From IMG/VR virus record IMGVR_UViG_3300020045_005902, positions 1-39,355 of that record: 39,355 nt of DNA; one strand, 5' to 3'. This document shows positions 1 through 9,286 of this stretch, piece by piece (position 1 is the stretch's first letter; each line of letters opens with the position of its first letter). Source of the stretch: a virus. Lineage: Duplodnaviria > Caudoviricetes. Under the pieces are notes generated by a model that was not told the origin of the DNA, did not search any database, and saw only the letters and a list, made by a program, of their open reading frames with translations. The translations under genes were made by a program, and so were the position numbers.

Positions 1-1
1 T

Positions 2-664
2 CTTGATAGCTATGTTGAAGCCTGCCAGCGTGTTTTCCCAAAAATAATGTATAACGGATACCCCCGGATATACGGGGTTGACATCGCGGTATCAGGGGAT
101 GATATCGTCATCTACGAGCGGCAAGGATTCAAAGCAACCAGGCGCGAGACAATAAAAACGCATGGATTAAAATTAAAAGAAAAAGACGTGGCTCAAAAAA
201 TTGCTGTTTTTATAGGGCTGGAAAAGACCGATAAGGAATGTGAAATAAGGATTGATGCATCGTGCTTTCCTGGTGTTGCCGACGACCTGGAAGAAATGGG
301 ATTTCAAAATATCAAGCGGATTATGTTTGGTGCGGCGGCTAAGAAAAAAGATAAATTTCCGCATATGCTCGCAGAAATGTATTATAATGTTGCAAGCCTG
401 ATAAATAGGCTTGACTTATCACTTGAATCATGCAATGATTTGCTAAGGCGTGATTTGTGTTGCCGCCTAAAAAAGGCGACATTGAAGGGTCAGCCGACTA
501 TCGAGGAAAAATCTGAATTTAAAAAGCGATTCGGACATTCCCCCGATCATGGCGATGCATTCGTCCTGGCATTTGCAGACCTAAACAGTAGTGAAGCGGA
601 CAGCGATACTAAGGCGGCTATGCAGATTCAAAGATCATCGGAGAAACGAAAAAAAATATTTTAA
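2..664 (+). CDS. Terminase large subunit, C-terminal RNase H-like nuclease domain (5' partial)
   Basis: Frame is open from base 2 (LDSYVEACQRVFPKIM...). Motifs GVDIAxxGDD, IRIDA and terminal SPDHGDAFVLAFA are typical of TerL nuclease domains. Confidence 0.75.
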   Translation, partial: LDSYVEACQRVFPKIMYNGYPRIYGVDIAVSGDDIVIYERQGFKATRRETIKTHGLKLKEKDVAQKIAVFIGLEKTDKECEIRIDASCFPGVADDLEEMGFQNIKRIMFGAAAKKKDKFPHMLAEMYYNVASLINRLDLSLESCNDLLRRDLCCRLKKATLKGQPTIEEKSEFKKRFGHSPDHGDAFVLAFADLNSSEADSDTKAAMQIQRSSEKRKKIF

Positions 665-678
665 CAAAGGGGTTAAAA

Positions 679-1128
679 ATGGTAAAAATGAATAATATAT
701 CTTGTAAAGGTTCATTTTATCAGGATGTTATAAAATCACATGACCATTGCTTCCCTGATTCTCACATAGAAAGTTTTTTGTCCTCTGCTGAAAGTGGTGG
801 CGGCATACGGCAGAAACGCGGATTTATTAATCAGTTCAGTTCCTTGATGTTTGATTCTGTTATTAACCGCGACGCGATAGACGCCGTTTTTTATGCGCAA
901 GATAGAGAATTCAGATTGAGTTATCATCTTATGAACATGATGATAACCGTACTTCTTGCGTTTATTGGAAAGCCTACACTCAAGACATCGCTAACCAGCG
1001 ATAACTTGGATAAAATCATAAAAGAAATAAACGATAAATTAAAAAGTAAAGATTTACCTGATAATTTACGTAAGTCATTGGAAGAAAAAAAACGAATATT
1101 AACCAATAATTCGGAGGTTAAAAAATGA
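679..1128 (+). CDS. Hypothetical, probably chimeric ORF (N-terminal part possibly a portal start, C-terminal ~40 aa a small basic phage protein)
   Basis: Follows the TerL fragment; SD-like AAAGGGG upstream; composition turns sharply AT- and Lys-rich near base 1005. Confidence 0.4.
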   Translation: MVKMNNISCKGSFYQDVIKSHDHCFPDSHIESFLSSAESGGGIRQKRGFINQFSSLMFDSVINRDAIDAVFYAQDREFRLSYHLMNMMITVLLAFIGKPTLKTSLTSDNLDKIIKEINDKLKSKDLPDNLRKSLEEKKRILTNNSEVKK

Positions 1129-1997
1129 TAAAGTCACAATACTTTCCAGATAAAGAGTTTGCCACAAAAGATGAACTCTTTAAAGAATTAATTGAGAATG
1201 AAAAATCTATTATAGATAGAAAAAAATCACACATTTATAATTCAGAAGAATGGATTGCAAAAAACGGGATAAAAGGACTGCAAGTTATTTCGAACCAATC
1301 GCAAATTGAAAAGGCTTTTACAGATGCTGAAAAGAAAATAAAGTTCGATAGTAACTATTATTATTTTGCCGTTAATTCCGCAAATTATTTAGATTCTCAC
1401 GAAGATGTTCATTTGGATGGTAATTGGAACAAAACTGCAAAAGATAAACAAGGTAAAGTTTATTTAATTTGGTGTCACGAATTTGAAAACCCTGAAAATA
1501 TATTAGCGTTCCCAGAAGATATTGAAATGTTTACGGCAAAAGTTGCTTGGTCATTATTAAATAAACCATACGAGGGAGAAACATATTGCTTAGTATATAA
1601 AGTTTTAAAATCTAAAATTCAGAGCGAAAAAGTTTCTAAATGGATTGATGAAAATAGAAAGCTACAGTTATCTGTTAGGATGCGTTACGTTGAAATACTT
1701 TTTGCCGTTAACTCTGAAAACCCAGACTACGCAAAACAAAAAAAGAACTTTGACGATATTTATCCACTTATTGTAAACAAAGATGAATTTATTGACGAAA
1801 TAGATTATTTCTTCGGGATAAAACAATCAGAAATAGTAATGGAATCAAGTTTTTTGCCTTTCGGAAGCAATTCCGCTACGGCAGAAATATCAGAAAATAA
1901 AGAAGCCGTCATAGACACTTCAAAAACCGAAGCCGAGCAATCACTTCAAGAAACGGAAGAAATTCCAACGGAAAAAAGAAAATTAAGTATAATCTAA
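1125..1997 (+). CDS. Putative prohead (capsid maturation) protease
   Basis: NYLDSHEDVH, LIWCH, QLSVRMRY and ESSFLPFGSN resemble HK97-type protease motifs; acidic C-terminal tail; head-module position. Confidence 0.65.
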   Translation: MIKSQYFPDKEFATKDELFKELIENEKSIIDRKKSHIYNSEEWIAKNGIKGLQVISNQSQIEKAFTDAEKKIKFDSNYYYFAVNSANYLDSHEDVHLDGNWNKTAKDKQGKVYLIWCHEFENPENILAFPEDIEMFTAKVAWSLLNKPYEGETYCLVYKVLKSKIQSEKVSKWIDENRKLQLSVRMRYVEILFAVNSENPDYAKQKKNFDDIYPLIVNKDEFIDEIDYFFGIKQSEIVMESSFLPFGSNSATAEISENKEAVIDTSKTEAEQSLQETEEIPTEKRKLSII

Positions 1998-2010
1998 ACA
2001 TTTAAAAATT

Positions 2011-2166
2011 ATGTTTGTTTACAAAAAAACAGAAGAATTGGAAAAAATGACTCCGCAAGAGTTAGACCAATACAAAACCGAAATGAAAGCGCACGAAAGC
2101 GAACTTTTAAAAACACAAATTTCTGAAACCGTTAAAACGGAATTGGAAACAGCAAAAGAAACCTAA
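2011..2166 (+). pseudogene. Truncated N-terminus of probable major capsid protein (51 aa, coiled-coil/delta-domain-like)
   Basis: Read from sequence: MFVYKKTEELEKMTPQELDQYKTEMKAHESELLKTQISETVKTELETAKET*. A-rich leader; lies directly after the protease; no capsid gene elsewhere. Confidence 0.6.
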
Positions 2167-2807
2167 TCACAAACGCAAATTTTACACGTGAGTTATCTGT
2201 ACCGAATTTAAGCGGTTCGCAAAGTGGAAACGCCGAGCAACTAAATTTATACTGTGATGAAAAACCTCGTTTATTATTGCAAATGTGTTTAGGTTCGGTT
2301 TTGTTTACTGATTTTAACTCTTATGTAACAGATGGTATTTTAGATACTGATGCACCTCAAAAATGGAAAAACCTCGTTAACGGATGCGTATACAATACTG
2401 ATAAAGTTTGGCGAGGTTTAAAATATACAGAGGGGAGTTTTAACGTATCGTTGTTAGCTTATTACACTTATTGGTATTGGTTCAACGACAATATCACTAT
2501 TAGCGGTGTTGGTGTCGAATTACAAGTATCAACAAAGAACGCAAACAACGTAAGTTCAACACCAAAATTGGTTGATGTTTGGAATAAGTTTTTGGAAATG
2601 TATCAAGGTTTAGAATGCAATAACATCGGTTTAAACCGTAAAGTATATAATATTGACGGAACTGTTTTTGTTGATTACTTTAACGGTGGTCAAAACTCAA
2701 ATTACGTTAGCTTATTGCAGTTTTTACAAGATAATCCTACAGACTATCCAAACCCGCAACTTTACATGTTTGAATACGGCAGTAATTCTAATTCATTAGG
2801 TTTATGA
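2163..2807 (+). CDS. Putative head-tail adaptor/connector; start codon missing
   Basis: The 2277 ORF extends upstream in frame as LITNANFTRELSVPNL... to 2163 with no ATG (in-frame stop at 2133); lies between head and tail genes. Confidence 0.55.
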   Translation, partial: LITNANFTRELSVPNLSGSQSGNAEQLNLYCDEKPRLLLQMCLGSVLFTDFNSYVTDGILDTDAPQKWKNLVNGCVYNTDKVWRGLKYTEGSFNVSLLAYYTYWYWFNDNITISGVGVELQVSTKNANNVSSTPKLVDVWNKFLEMYQGLECNNIGLNRKVYNIDGTVFVDYFNGGQNSNYVSLLQFLQDNPTDYPNPQLYMFEYGSNSNSLGL

Positions 2808-3340
2808 TAATCGCAAACGCTTTAAAGAGACCATTAAGCCGTTTAACCGCAAATATTACGTTATTAGGCACAGAAACGCCAAACGTACCGATAAAATACG
2901 GTTATGGTGACCAAAAAGAGCTAATTCAGTGGATTATAAACCAAAATAGCCGAGTAACACCCGAAAAATACCCATTAATTTGGTATGTTTTGAATGAGTT
3001 TACGGAGTTTCAAGGTTGTTATTCGGTCGACGCAAGGTTAGTTTTAATGGTGGATTCAAGGCTAAACGTTAACAATGAATGGCGAAACGACAATAGTTAC
3101 ACGGGTGTTTTGATGCCTTGTTGGGAAGTTGTAAAAAACGAACTAATAAGCAACCAATACATTCAAGTAATGGGAACTTTTGAAGACCAGTTCAAGTTAA
3201 AAACAGAACCAAACTACGGTTTATCAGATGGAGATTTAAAACAGTCCAATCCTAAAGGAGAACAAGCAGTAACTATTGATATAGTTGATTGTTTAGTTAT
3301 AGATTTTAAAATGAAAATAAATATAAATTGTGTTAATTAA
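2804..3340 (+). CDS. Putative tail completion/terminator protein
   Basis: 178 aa with YPLIWY motif, immediately before the tail tube gene; ATGA-type overlap. Confidence 0.5.
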   Translation: MIIANALKRPLSRLTANITLLGTETPNVPIKYGYGDQKELIQWIINQNSRVTPEKYPLIWYVLNEFTEFQGCYSVDARLVLMVDSRLNVNNEWRNDNSYTGVLMPCWEVVKNELISNQYIQVMGTFEDQFKLKTEPNYGLSDGDLKQSNPKGEQAVTIDIVDCLVIDFKMKININCVN

Positions 3341-3359
3341 TCAAAAAAAATAAAATAAA

Positions 3360-4283
3360 ATGGCAGTATTAATAAATAATGTAAACTGTTCTACAACCCG
3401 AAAAGGGTTAGGATTGCCAGACTGTATAATTCAAGAGGGTAGACCGACTGGATTTATAGCAGTAAAAAAAGGATGGAGTATTTTACTTTCATCAGGAAGT
3501 TTTAACAAGACTTACATTCAATCAAAAGTAGCGGATGAGACATTTGCTCCCTTCGTTGGATGTGTAGAGTATACAGATAGCACACCCGAAGCAACCGTCG
3601 AAGAGTTTCAAGGCGGTGTTAAAAGTGTTGTTAGAAATGGATTGCCTGAATTTAACTTTAAATTCAAAAAAGGCTATGCGTTCCATTCAGCATCATACTC
3701 TTATAATTCATTCCAAGCTTATGACTATTTGTTAGTGTTTGCATCTGGTGCTATTATGGGTGCAAAATCAGCTGACGGACTTAGTTTAAAAGCGTTTGAT
3801 GGTGGTATGTTAAATACTATGTCGTATAAATTTAATGATGGTACGGTAGGAGCATCTACGGGAGTAGGTTTTCAATTACTTTCAGACCGTGAGTTTAATT
3901 TAGACGGAGCGTTAATCGATTCATCAAACTTAGATATTAATGTAAATACTGAATTGTTTGGAATTGCCGATATTACTATTACGGGTACGGCGGATGTTTC
4001 AAATGGTACTATTGTAGTTACGCCAGTATTTACAGTTAATCCATCTATTGCTTTAACGGGTTGTGAAGCAGACAATTTTGGAATCACGGTAAGTGGTGTT
4101 GAAGACCCAATTGATGGAGCAGTTCCAGAAAGTCCATCAGGAACGTATACAATTACGCCAACCGCAACAATGACAACTTCTACACCAGTAGTGGTTAGAT
4201 TAAGAAACGGTTCGGTAAATGTAGCACAAATTGTAAATAGATTTTACAAAGGAACGAGCGGTACAATTACACCAGTAGCATAA
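3360..4283 (+). CDS. Major tail tube protein with C-terminal Ig-like extension
   Basis: 307 aa, beta-rich, G/T/V-rich C-terminus (GTYTITPT); followed by a strong terminator; synteny. Confidence 0.7.
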   Translation: MAVLINNVNCSTTRKGLGLPDCIIQEGRPTGFIAVKKGWSILLSSGSFNKTYIQSKVADETFAPFVGCVEYTDSTPEATVEEFQGGVKSVVRNGLPEFNFKFKKGYAFHSASYSYNSFQAYDYLLVFASGAIMGAKSADGLSLKAFDGGMLNTMSYKFNDGTVGASTGVGFQLLSDREFNLDGALIDSSNLDINVNTELFGIADITITGTADVSNGTIVVTPVFTVNPSIALTGCEADNFGITVSGVEDPIDGAVPESPSGTYTITPTATMTTSTPVVVRLRNGSVNVAQIVNRFYKGTSGTITPVA

Positions 4284-4310
4284 GTTTTTCATTTCTCTAT
4301 TTAGTTAGGT

Positions 4311-4348
4311 AAAGCCCCGCCTTTAATTGGGCGGGGCTTACTTTTTTA
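4311..4348 (+). terminator. Rho-independent terminator
   Basis: AAGCCCCGCC-tttaattg-GGCGGGGCTT followed by ACTTTTTT. Confidence 0.85.
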
Positions 4349-4370
4349 CATTAACATTTAAAACAATATT

Positions 4371-4715
4371 ATGCAAAAGTTACAAATATTCAATGTTTCG
4401 ATTAACGGACAAAAAGATATTGATTGGTTTACAAATCAAACACGAGAGAATCAAATTAACTGGGTTTTAAAGCACTCCAATCAAAAAAACGAATCAATGA
4501 TTAACAATCTATTAGACAGCTTAGAAGTTACAAAGCAAGAGGGTTGTGTTGGTTGCGGTCAGTTAAGTAATAAAATTGAAAATCCTTTGAAAAATGGCGA
4601 TAATATCAGCGAAAGAGTATCAGAAGAGGTTACAGTCAGTGATGAAGTTGTCGGTGTTGCAGGAAATGACAGCGGAACTAATACTAAAAGAGGAAAGCGC
4701 AATAAAAAATCTTAA
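4371..4715 (+). CDS. Hypothetical tail-module protein (CxxC)
   Basis: A-rich leader; last 122 nt overlap the next gene. Confidence 0.6.
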   Translation: MQKLQIFNVSINGQKDIDWFTNQTRENQINWVLKHSNQKNESMINNLLDSLEVTKQEGCVGCGQLSNKIENPLKNGDNISERVSEEVTVSDEVVGVAGNDSGTNTKRGKRNKKS

Positions 4716-5052
4716 AGAGCAAGATTTTTTAGAGGGCGATATTTACGGCAATGGTACATTAGTTAGATACCGCAGTAAAAATTACGAAATCTTTAAAGCT
4801 AATAAAAATCCAAAGGCTGGTGGTGCGGTCGATTTAATTGTAACGGGTCAATTTGTTGATGCGATGTATTTACTAAAGCCACGTGGAAATAAATATAAGT
4901 TCGGCAACACCGATAAAAAGAGAAACATTTTAAAAGAAATGTATGGAGATAATATTTTTGGATTAAACCAAGCCGTATTTAACAAATTCCAAAAAGAAAT
5001 TATTGCACCGAGATTGATTAGAAAAATTAAAACAACTGCTAATATAGGGTAG
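4594..5052 (+). CDS. Putative neck/tail-completion protein (HK97 gp10-like role)
   Basis: Basic 152 aa protein with VDLIVTGQF (xDLxxTGxF) and YGDNIFGL motifs; synteny. Confidence 0.55.
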   Translation: MAIISAKEYQKRLQSVMKLSVLQEMTAELILKEESAIKNLKEQDFLEGDIYGNGTLVRYRSKNYEIFKANKNPKAGGAVDLIVTGQFVDAMYLLKPRGNKYKFGNTDKKRNILKEMYGDNIFGLNQAVFNKFQKEIIAPRLIRKIKTTANIG

Positions 5053-5081
5053 CATATTATTAAGTAAAAAATTAAATAGAA

Positions 5082-5402
5082 ATGAGCGAATTAAAAGTAT
5101 TATCAAAAGAAGCGTTACAAGATTTAGAAAAAGCCAATAAATTATTAGGCGAAATGGTTGAAAAACAAAATCAATTAACAGAAGTTGATTATGTAAAATT
5201 ATTAAGTGGTTTATATGACTTAAAAGAAGATGTTAATGTAGTTGGTCAAAAATGGAGAAACTTAACAAAAGAAAAACATTTTTGCATAATGAAAAACCAA
5301 TCTGACTATAATTTTAGGCTTCACGTTCCAAGTATTTTAAACGACTTAATCGGAATGATTGAGCGTGGTGAATTAGTATTTGTTAATAATCAAAAACAGT
5401 AG
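5082..5402 (+). CDS. Hypothetical protein with N-terminus resembling the tape-measure N-terminus
   Basis: ORF track; direct comparison with the 6160 protein. Confidence 0.6.
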   Translation: MSELKVLSKEALQDLEKANKLLGEMVEKQNQLTEVDYVKLLSGLYDLKEDVNVVGQKWRNLTKEKHFCIMKNQSDYNFRLHVPSILNDLIGMIERGELVFVNNQKQ

Positions 5403-5406
5403 CAAT

Positions 5407-5529
5407 ATGAGTGTAGTATATCCATATAACCAAGAACCCGAAAAAGATAAAAACACAAAAACTAAATCCAATGTAATACTTGAAATCGTTTGTTTCATTA
5501 CAGGATTTTTAATCGGATTAACTGTATAG
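5407..5529 (+). CDS. Small membrane peptide (40 aa)
   Basis: Read from sequence: MSVVYPYNQEPEKDKNTKTKSNVILEIVCFITGFLIGLTV*; fills the intergenic gap exactly. Confidence 0.5.
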   Translation: MSVVYPYNQEPEKDKNTKTKSNVILEIVCFITGFLIGLTV

Positions 5530-5530
5530 T

Positions 5531-6163
5531 ATGCCAAAATTCAACCACATATCAAACATCCCGGCTAAAGTCTTTTTCGATATTCTTAAAACGAAAAACT
5601 ACCAGCTACTAAAACCTAAACCAAAAGAAACGGGATTGGAGCAAATTTTCATTAGTATTTACGATTCGTTTTTTGAAATGTCCGACAACCAAGAGGCGAA
5701 AGACTATTTAAAAATCACAATGGAAATACACGTTTTAGAACATAAAATCAATGTTTTAAAATTAGCTTTGCATCATTATTACTACTCTTATCCTACTTAT
5801 GTAGAAGCATTGGGAAAAGAAGAAGCGGAAAAAATACGATTAAAGTTTATTGAATCAGTTAAAATAGGCTACGGAATTGTAATTGATGCTAACAAACCAT
5901 TCATTGATGAAGTACAACGTGTTTTGCAACGTGAAATCGGGATTTTAAACAACGAATTAAGTTTTGCTACTATTTCGATAGATGAATTTAACAAAGCCAA
6001 CACGAATCAAAAAGAAACTACTTATTTTGATAAAGTCCTTAATATTTCAATGGCTTTACCACCAAACTTACAAATCAAACCTAATATGATGCTGGATGAA
6101 TTTTGTGAGTGGCAAAAAACCGCAAACGCATATCAACAACAATTAAAATCAAATAACAAATGA
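5531..6163 (+). CDS. Putative tail assembly chaperone
   Basis: Helical 210 aa protein overlapping the tape-measure start; C-terminal MMLDEF motif. Confidence 0.5.
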   Translation: MPKFNHISNIPAKVFFDILKTKNYQLLKPKPKETGLEQIFISIYDSFFEMSDNQEAKDYLKITMEIHVLEHKINVLKLALHHYYYSYPTYVEALGKEEAEKIRLKFIESVKIGYGIVIDANKPFIDEVQRVLQREIGILNNELSFATISIDEFNKANTNQKETTYFDKVLNISMALPPNLQIKPNMMLDEFCEWQKTANAYQQQLKSNNK

Positions 6164-8910
6164 GTGATTTTATAGAAGTTCTCAGTCCTAAAGCCTTATC
6201 CGATTTAGCTAAATTAAATACGGAACTTACTAATATTGTTAAAAATGTAGCAACAATTAACAGTTCTATGGCTTCAATTAGTTTGCCAAGCCAAGCCGAT
6301 ACTGCGTCTAAAAAATTAACTGATGAATATAAAAAGCAAGAGTTAACTATTCAGCAACTTCAACAAAAGTTACAGAAAGCGCACGACCAACAGCAAAAGA
6401 ATTTAGAAAAAACCCGATTAGCGGAAATTCGTTTACAACAAGCGAGAGAGAAAGCATTTGATAAATACGAAAAACAATATCAAAGAGAACAAGCAAAACT
6501 AAATGCGTCGCAAAATCTTTATAATAAAGTACAAGCTAAATTAACCGCTTTACAAAACGAGTATAAAGGTTTAGCAACCAAAAAAGAACTCGGAATAACT
6601 TTAACTGACAAAGAAGAAAAAACTTATCAAAGACTAAGAGCGTCGATTGATAAGTATGATAAAGTTTTAAAAGGAGTTGACGCCACAATGGGCAAGCACC
6701 AACGAAAAGTTGGAGATTACGCAAGCGGTTTTAGTCCAATATCAAACTCAATTAATCAATTAACTCGTGAAATGCCAGCGTTTGCTAATTCTATGCAAAC
6801 TGGATTTATGGCAATATCGAACAACTTACCAATTTTCTTTGATGCTATTAGCCAAGCAGTAAAACAGAATAAAGAATTACAAGCGCAAGGTCAGCCAACT
6901 GAATCGGTGTTTAAAAGTGTAGCGGGTGCTATATTTAGTGTTGGAACGGCTTTGAGTATTGGTGTTACCTTATTAACTGTTTACGGAAAAGATATTGTAG
7001 AATTTTTCACTGGTGCGACTGATGTTGTAGACGAGTTTAACAATAGCGTTAATGAAATCGAAAGTACGTTTACTGAACGTGCGGTTAAGTTAAAAGTTGT
7101 TTCCGATGTATTAAATGATACAAGTAGTTCGCAACAACAATTAAACGACGCTTTGAAAGTCGCTAAAGACGAGGGCGTGTCATTAAACGCTATTGAACAA
7201 GCGAGAAGCGGGAATTTAGCGTTGATTAATAAAGAAATGACACAACTTATTGATTTATCAATTAAACGTGCTAAAGCTGACAAAATCGTCTCTTTATTAG
7301 TTGAAAACGAAATAGCGCAAGATAAATTAAAACTTGAATCGAGAGAAAACTACAACAAAGGCTATCGAAAACTTTTGCGCAGTATGGGTCAATTTGGAAT
7401 GAGTGTTGATGCACAAATAAATAAAAATTCAGTTGAAACACTAAAAGAACTTGAAAAACAAAATGTTGAATATTATAAAATGCTCCGAGAATTAGGATTG
7501 TCGAATTTAGTAGATGATGAAAAAGTTGGAAAGGAGAAAAAAGAAGCGCAAAGGGATTTTCTAAAAGACAAATACGAAGCCGAAAAATCATCAAAAGAAT
7601 TAGAGTTAAAAACAATTAATGAGTTTTTGGTTGATGAATCAAAACAATGGTTTAACCGACTTGAAGCATTGGAATTGTACCGAAAAAAGAAAAACGAAAT
7701 TATCGCACTAACTTATAATGAGGAAATGAGATTGGCAAAAGACAATCAATATTTACAAAAAATAGCATTAAACAAGTTTTTAAGCGAAAGTTTAGATGTT
7801 ATTAATGACTATGCGAAACAAAGAAATGAAATCCTTAATAATGTAGACGATTATATTAACTCGATTGGTGAGGGTGCAAAAATCATAAGCGACCAAACAA
7901 AAGCCGAAGCATTAAAGTTTGTTGATGGGCTTTTAGAGTTGGTTGATGAAATAGGAGAAACCGCAGAAAAGGTGCAAAAACAAATTGATGATTTATTAAA
8001 TGGGTTTTTAAATGATTTTGCAAAAGATTCGGGTTTTCCTACATTATTTAAAGTTCTTAACGGCGAAATAATCGGTTTTGGCGACAATTGGAAAACTACA
8101 TTTGTTGCAATGGCAGAAATCGCACAAGAAGCGTTCGCTTTTATTTCCGAAGCATCAAACCAACGCTTTCAAAATGAATACGATAATTTAGCACGTCAAA
8201 AAGAAATAGCTTTATTATTCGCTGGTGAATCGGCAAGCGGTCGTGAAGCAATTGAAAAACAATACGATGATAGGGTAAGACAAATCAGACGACGTGAAGC
8301 AAGGGCGAAAAAAGCGCAAGCAATCTTTGATATTGGAATCAATACTGCTCAAGCTATTATGGCAACTTTAGGTAAAACTGGATTTGCTGGACTACCAACC
8401 GCTTTAATCGTTGGTAGTATCGGAGCGATTCAAGCGGGTATTGTTGCAAGTCAGAAAATCCCCGAGTTTTGGACTGGTGTAGAGAACTCAAATTATGAGG
8501 GCTGGGCTACTAAAGACGAAAGAGGTGCCGAACTGCATTTCGATAAAAAAGGAAATATTAAAGATTTTGGTCAAAATAAAGGAGCAAAATATACTTATGT
8601 AGAAAAAGGAGACACAATTTTAGACGCTAAAAAAACTATTCAAACTAAAAAAATAATGGATTCTTTAATGTTTAATCAGTCGCTTAATTCCTTGCTTACA
8701 GATAACGCTATTTTACCGCCAAAAATGGAGTTTAATAATAACAATAAAGACGTTGAAAGAGAAATTAGAAATTTGAATAATACAGTTGCGAATAAAGAGG
8801 GTGTTGTTATTCAATTTAATGAAACTGGGTTTAAAAAGTATCTTAAAAACGGGAACTCTTTAAAAGAAATCGAAAATAAAAGGTTTACAGGTGTTGGTAG
8901 TAGTGTTTAG
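6160..8910 (+). CDS. Tail tape measure protein
   Basis: 916 aa coiled coil; RKVGDY, SINQLTREMP, Ala/Gly hydrophobic segments, C-terminal IPEFWTG...ERGAE. Confidence 0.9.
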   Translation: MSDFIEVLSPKALSDLAKLNTELTNIVKNVATINSSMASISLPSQADTASKKLTDEYKKQELTIQQLQQKLQKAHDQQQKNLEKTRLAEIRLQQAREKAFDKYEKQYQREQAKLNASQNLYNKVQAKLTALQNEYKGLATKKELGITLTDKEEKTYQRLRASIDKYDKVLKGVDATMGKHQRKVGDYASGFSPISNSINQLTREMPAFANSMQTGFMAISNNLPIFFDAISQAVKQNKELQAQGQPTESVFKSVAGAIFSVGTALSIGVTLLTVYGKDIVEFFTGATDVVDEFNNSVNEIESTFTERAVKLKVVSDVLNDTSSSQQQLNDALKVAKDEGVSLNAIEQARSGNLALINKEMTQLIDLSIKRAKADKIVSLLVENEIAQDKLKLESRENYNKGYRKLLRSMGQFGMSVDAQINKNSVETLKELEKQNVEYYKMLRELGLSNLVDDEKVGKEKKEAQRDFLKDKYEAEKSSKELELKTINEFLVDESKQWFNRLEALELYRKKKNEIIALTYNEEMRLAKDNQYLQKIALNKFLSESLDVINDYAKQRNEILNNVDDYINSIGEGAKIISDQTKAEALKFVDGLLELVDEIGETAEKVQKQIDDLLNGFLNDFAKDSGFPTLFKVLNGEIIGFGDNWKTTFVAMAEIAQEAFAFISEASNQRFQNEYDNLARQKEIALLFAGESASGREAIEKQYDDRVRQIRRREARAKKAQAIFDIGINTAQAIMATLGKTGFAGLPTALIVGSIGAIQAGIVASQKIPEFWTGVENSNYEGWATKDERGAELHFDKKGNIKDFGQNKGAKYTYVEKGDTILDAKKTIQTKKIMDSLMFNQSLNSLLTDNAILPPKMEFNNNNKDVEREIRNLNNTVANKEGVVIQFNETGFKKYLKNGNSLKEIENKRFTGVGSSV

Positions 8911-8965
8911 AATGATTATAAATTAAGTTTGATGTGTAGCGATTAAATATATTTTTGTATTTTTG
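8905..8965 (+). promoter_or_regulatory. 19-bp palindromic box plus Bacteroidota sigma-70 promoter
   Basis: GTTTAGAATGATTATAAAT at 8905-8923; TTTG at 8928; TATTTTTG at 8950 and 8958. Confidence 0.6.
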
Positions 8966-8985
8966 ATTAACTAAATAATTGAAAA

Positions 8986-9180
8986 ATGGAGAAATTAAAA
9001 GACTTCGTATTCGGAGCAAACATAGTGTCTTATGGTTTATGTTTTTGCATTGGGTTTTTAATGATTGCTGATGCAATAATGAAAACAGTCATAAACGATG
9101 CACTTATTTTACAATCGTTCCTTATATCATTATCGTCGGTAGTTATTACTTCTGTGGGTAATTTTTTTCTACAAGATTAG
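8986..9180 (+). CDS. Small 2-TM membrane protein (moron)
   Basis: Two hydrophobic segments; own promoter; inserted between tape measure and tail tip genes. Confidence 0.6.
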   Translation: MEKLKDFVFGANIVSYGLCFCIGFLMIADAIMKTVINDALILQSFLISLSSVVITSVGNFFLQD

Positions 9181-9286
9181 ATTTAATTTACTATATTTGA
9201 AAGTCGAACTTGAGTTTTCATAATTAAAAATGGTTTTAATCCCTAATGAATTTATTTTGTTAGGGATTTTTTTATATTTTTGTGCT

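Noticed and set aside
2136-2166. Programmed -1 frameshift joining the capsid stub to the adaptor
   Set aside because: The frames do differ by -1, but there is no X XXY YYZ heptamer and the fusion would still lack a capsid fold; deletion is simpler
9230-9286. Upstream start for the tail hub gene (likewise starts at 14850, 22737 and 38641)
   Set aside because: These extensions run through promoter sequence or overlap neighbouring genes; downstream starts or frameshift entry fit better
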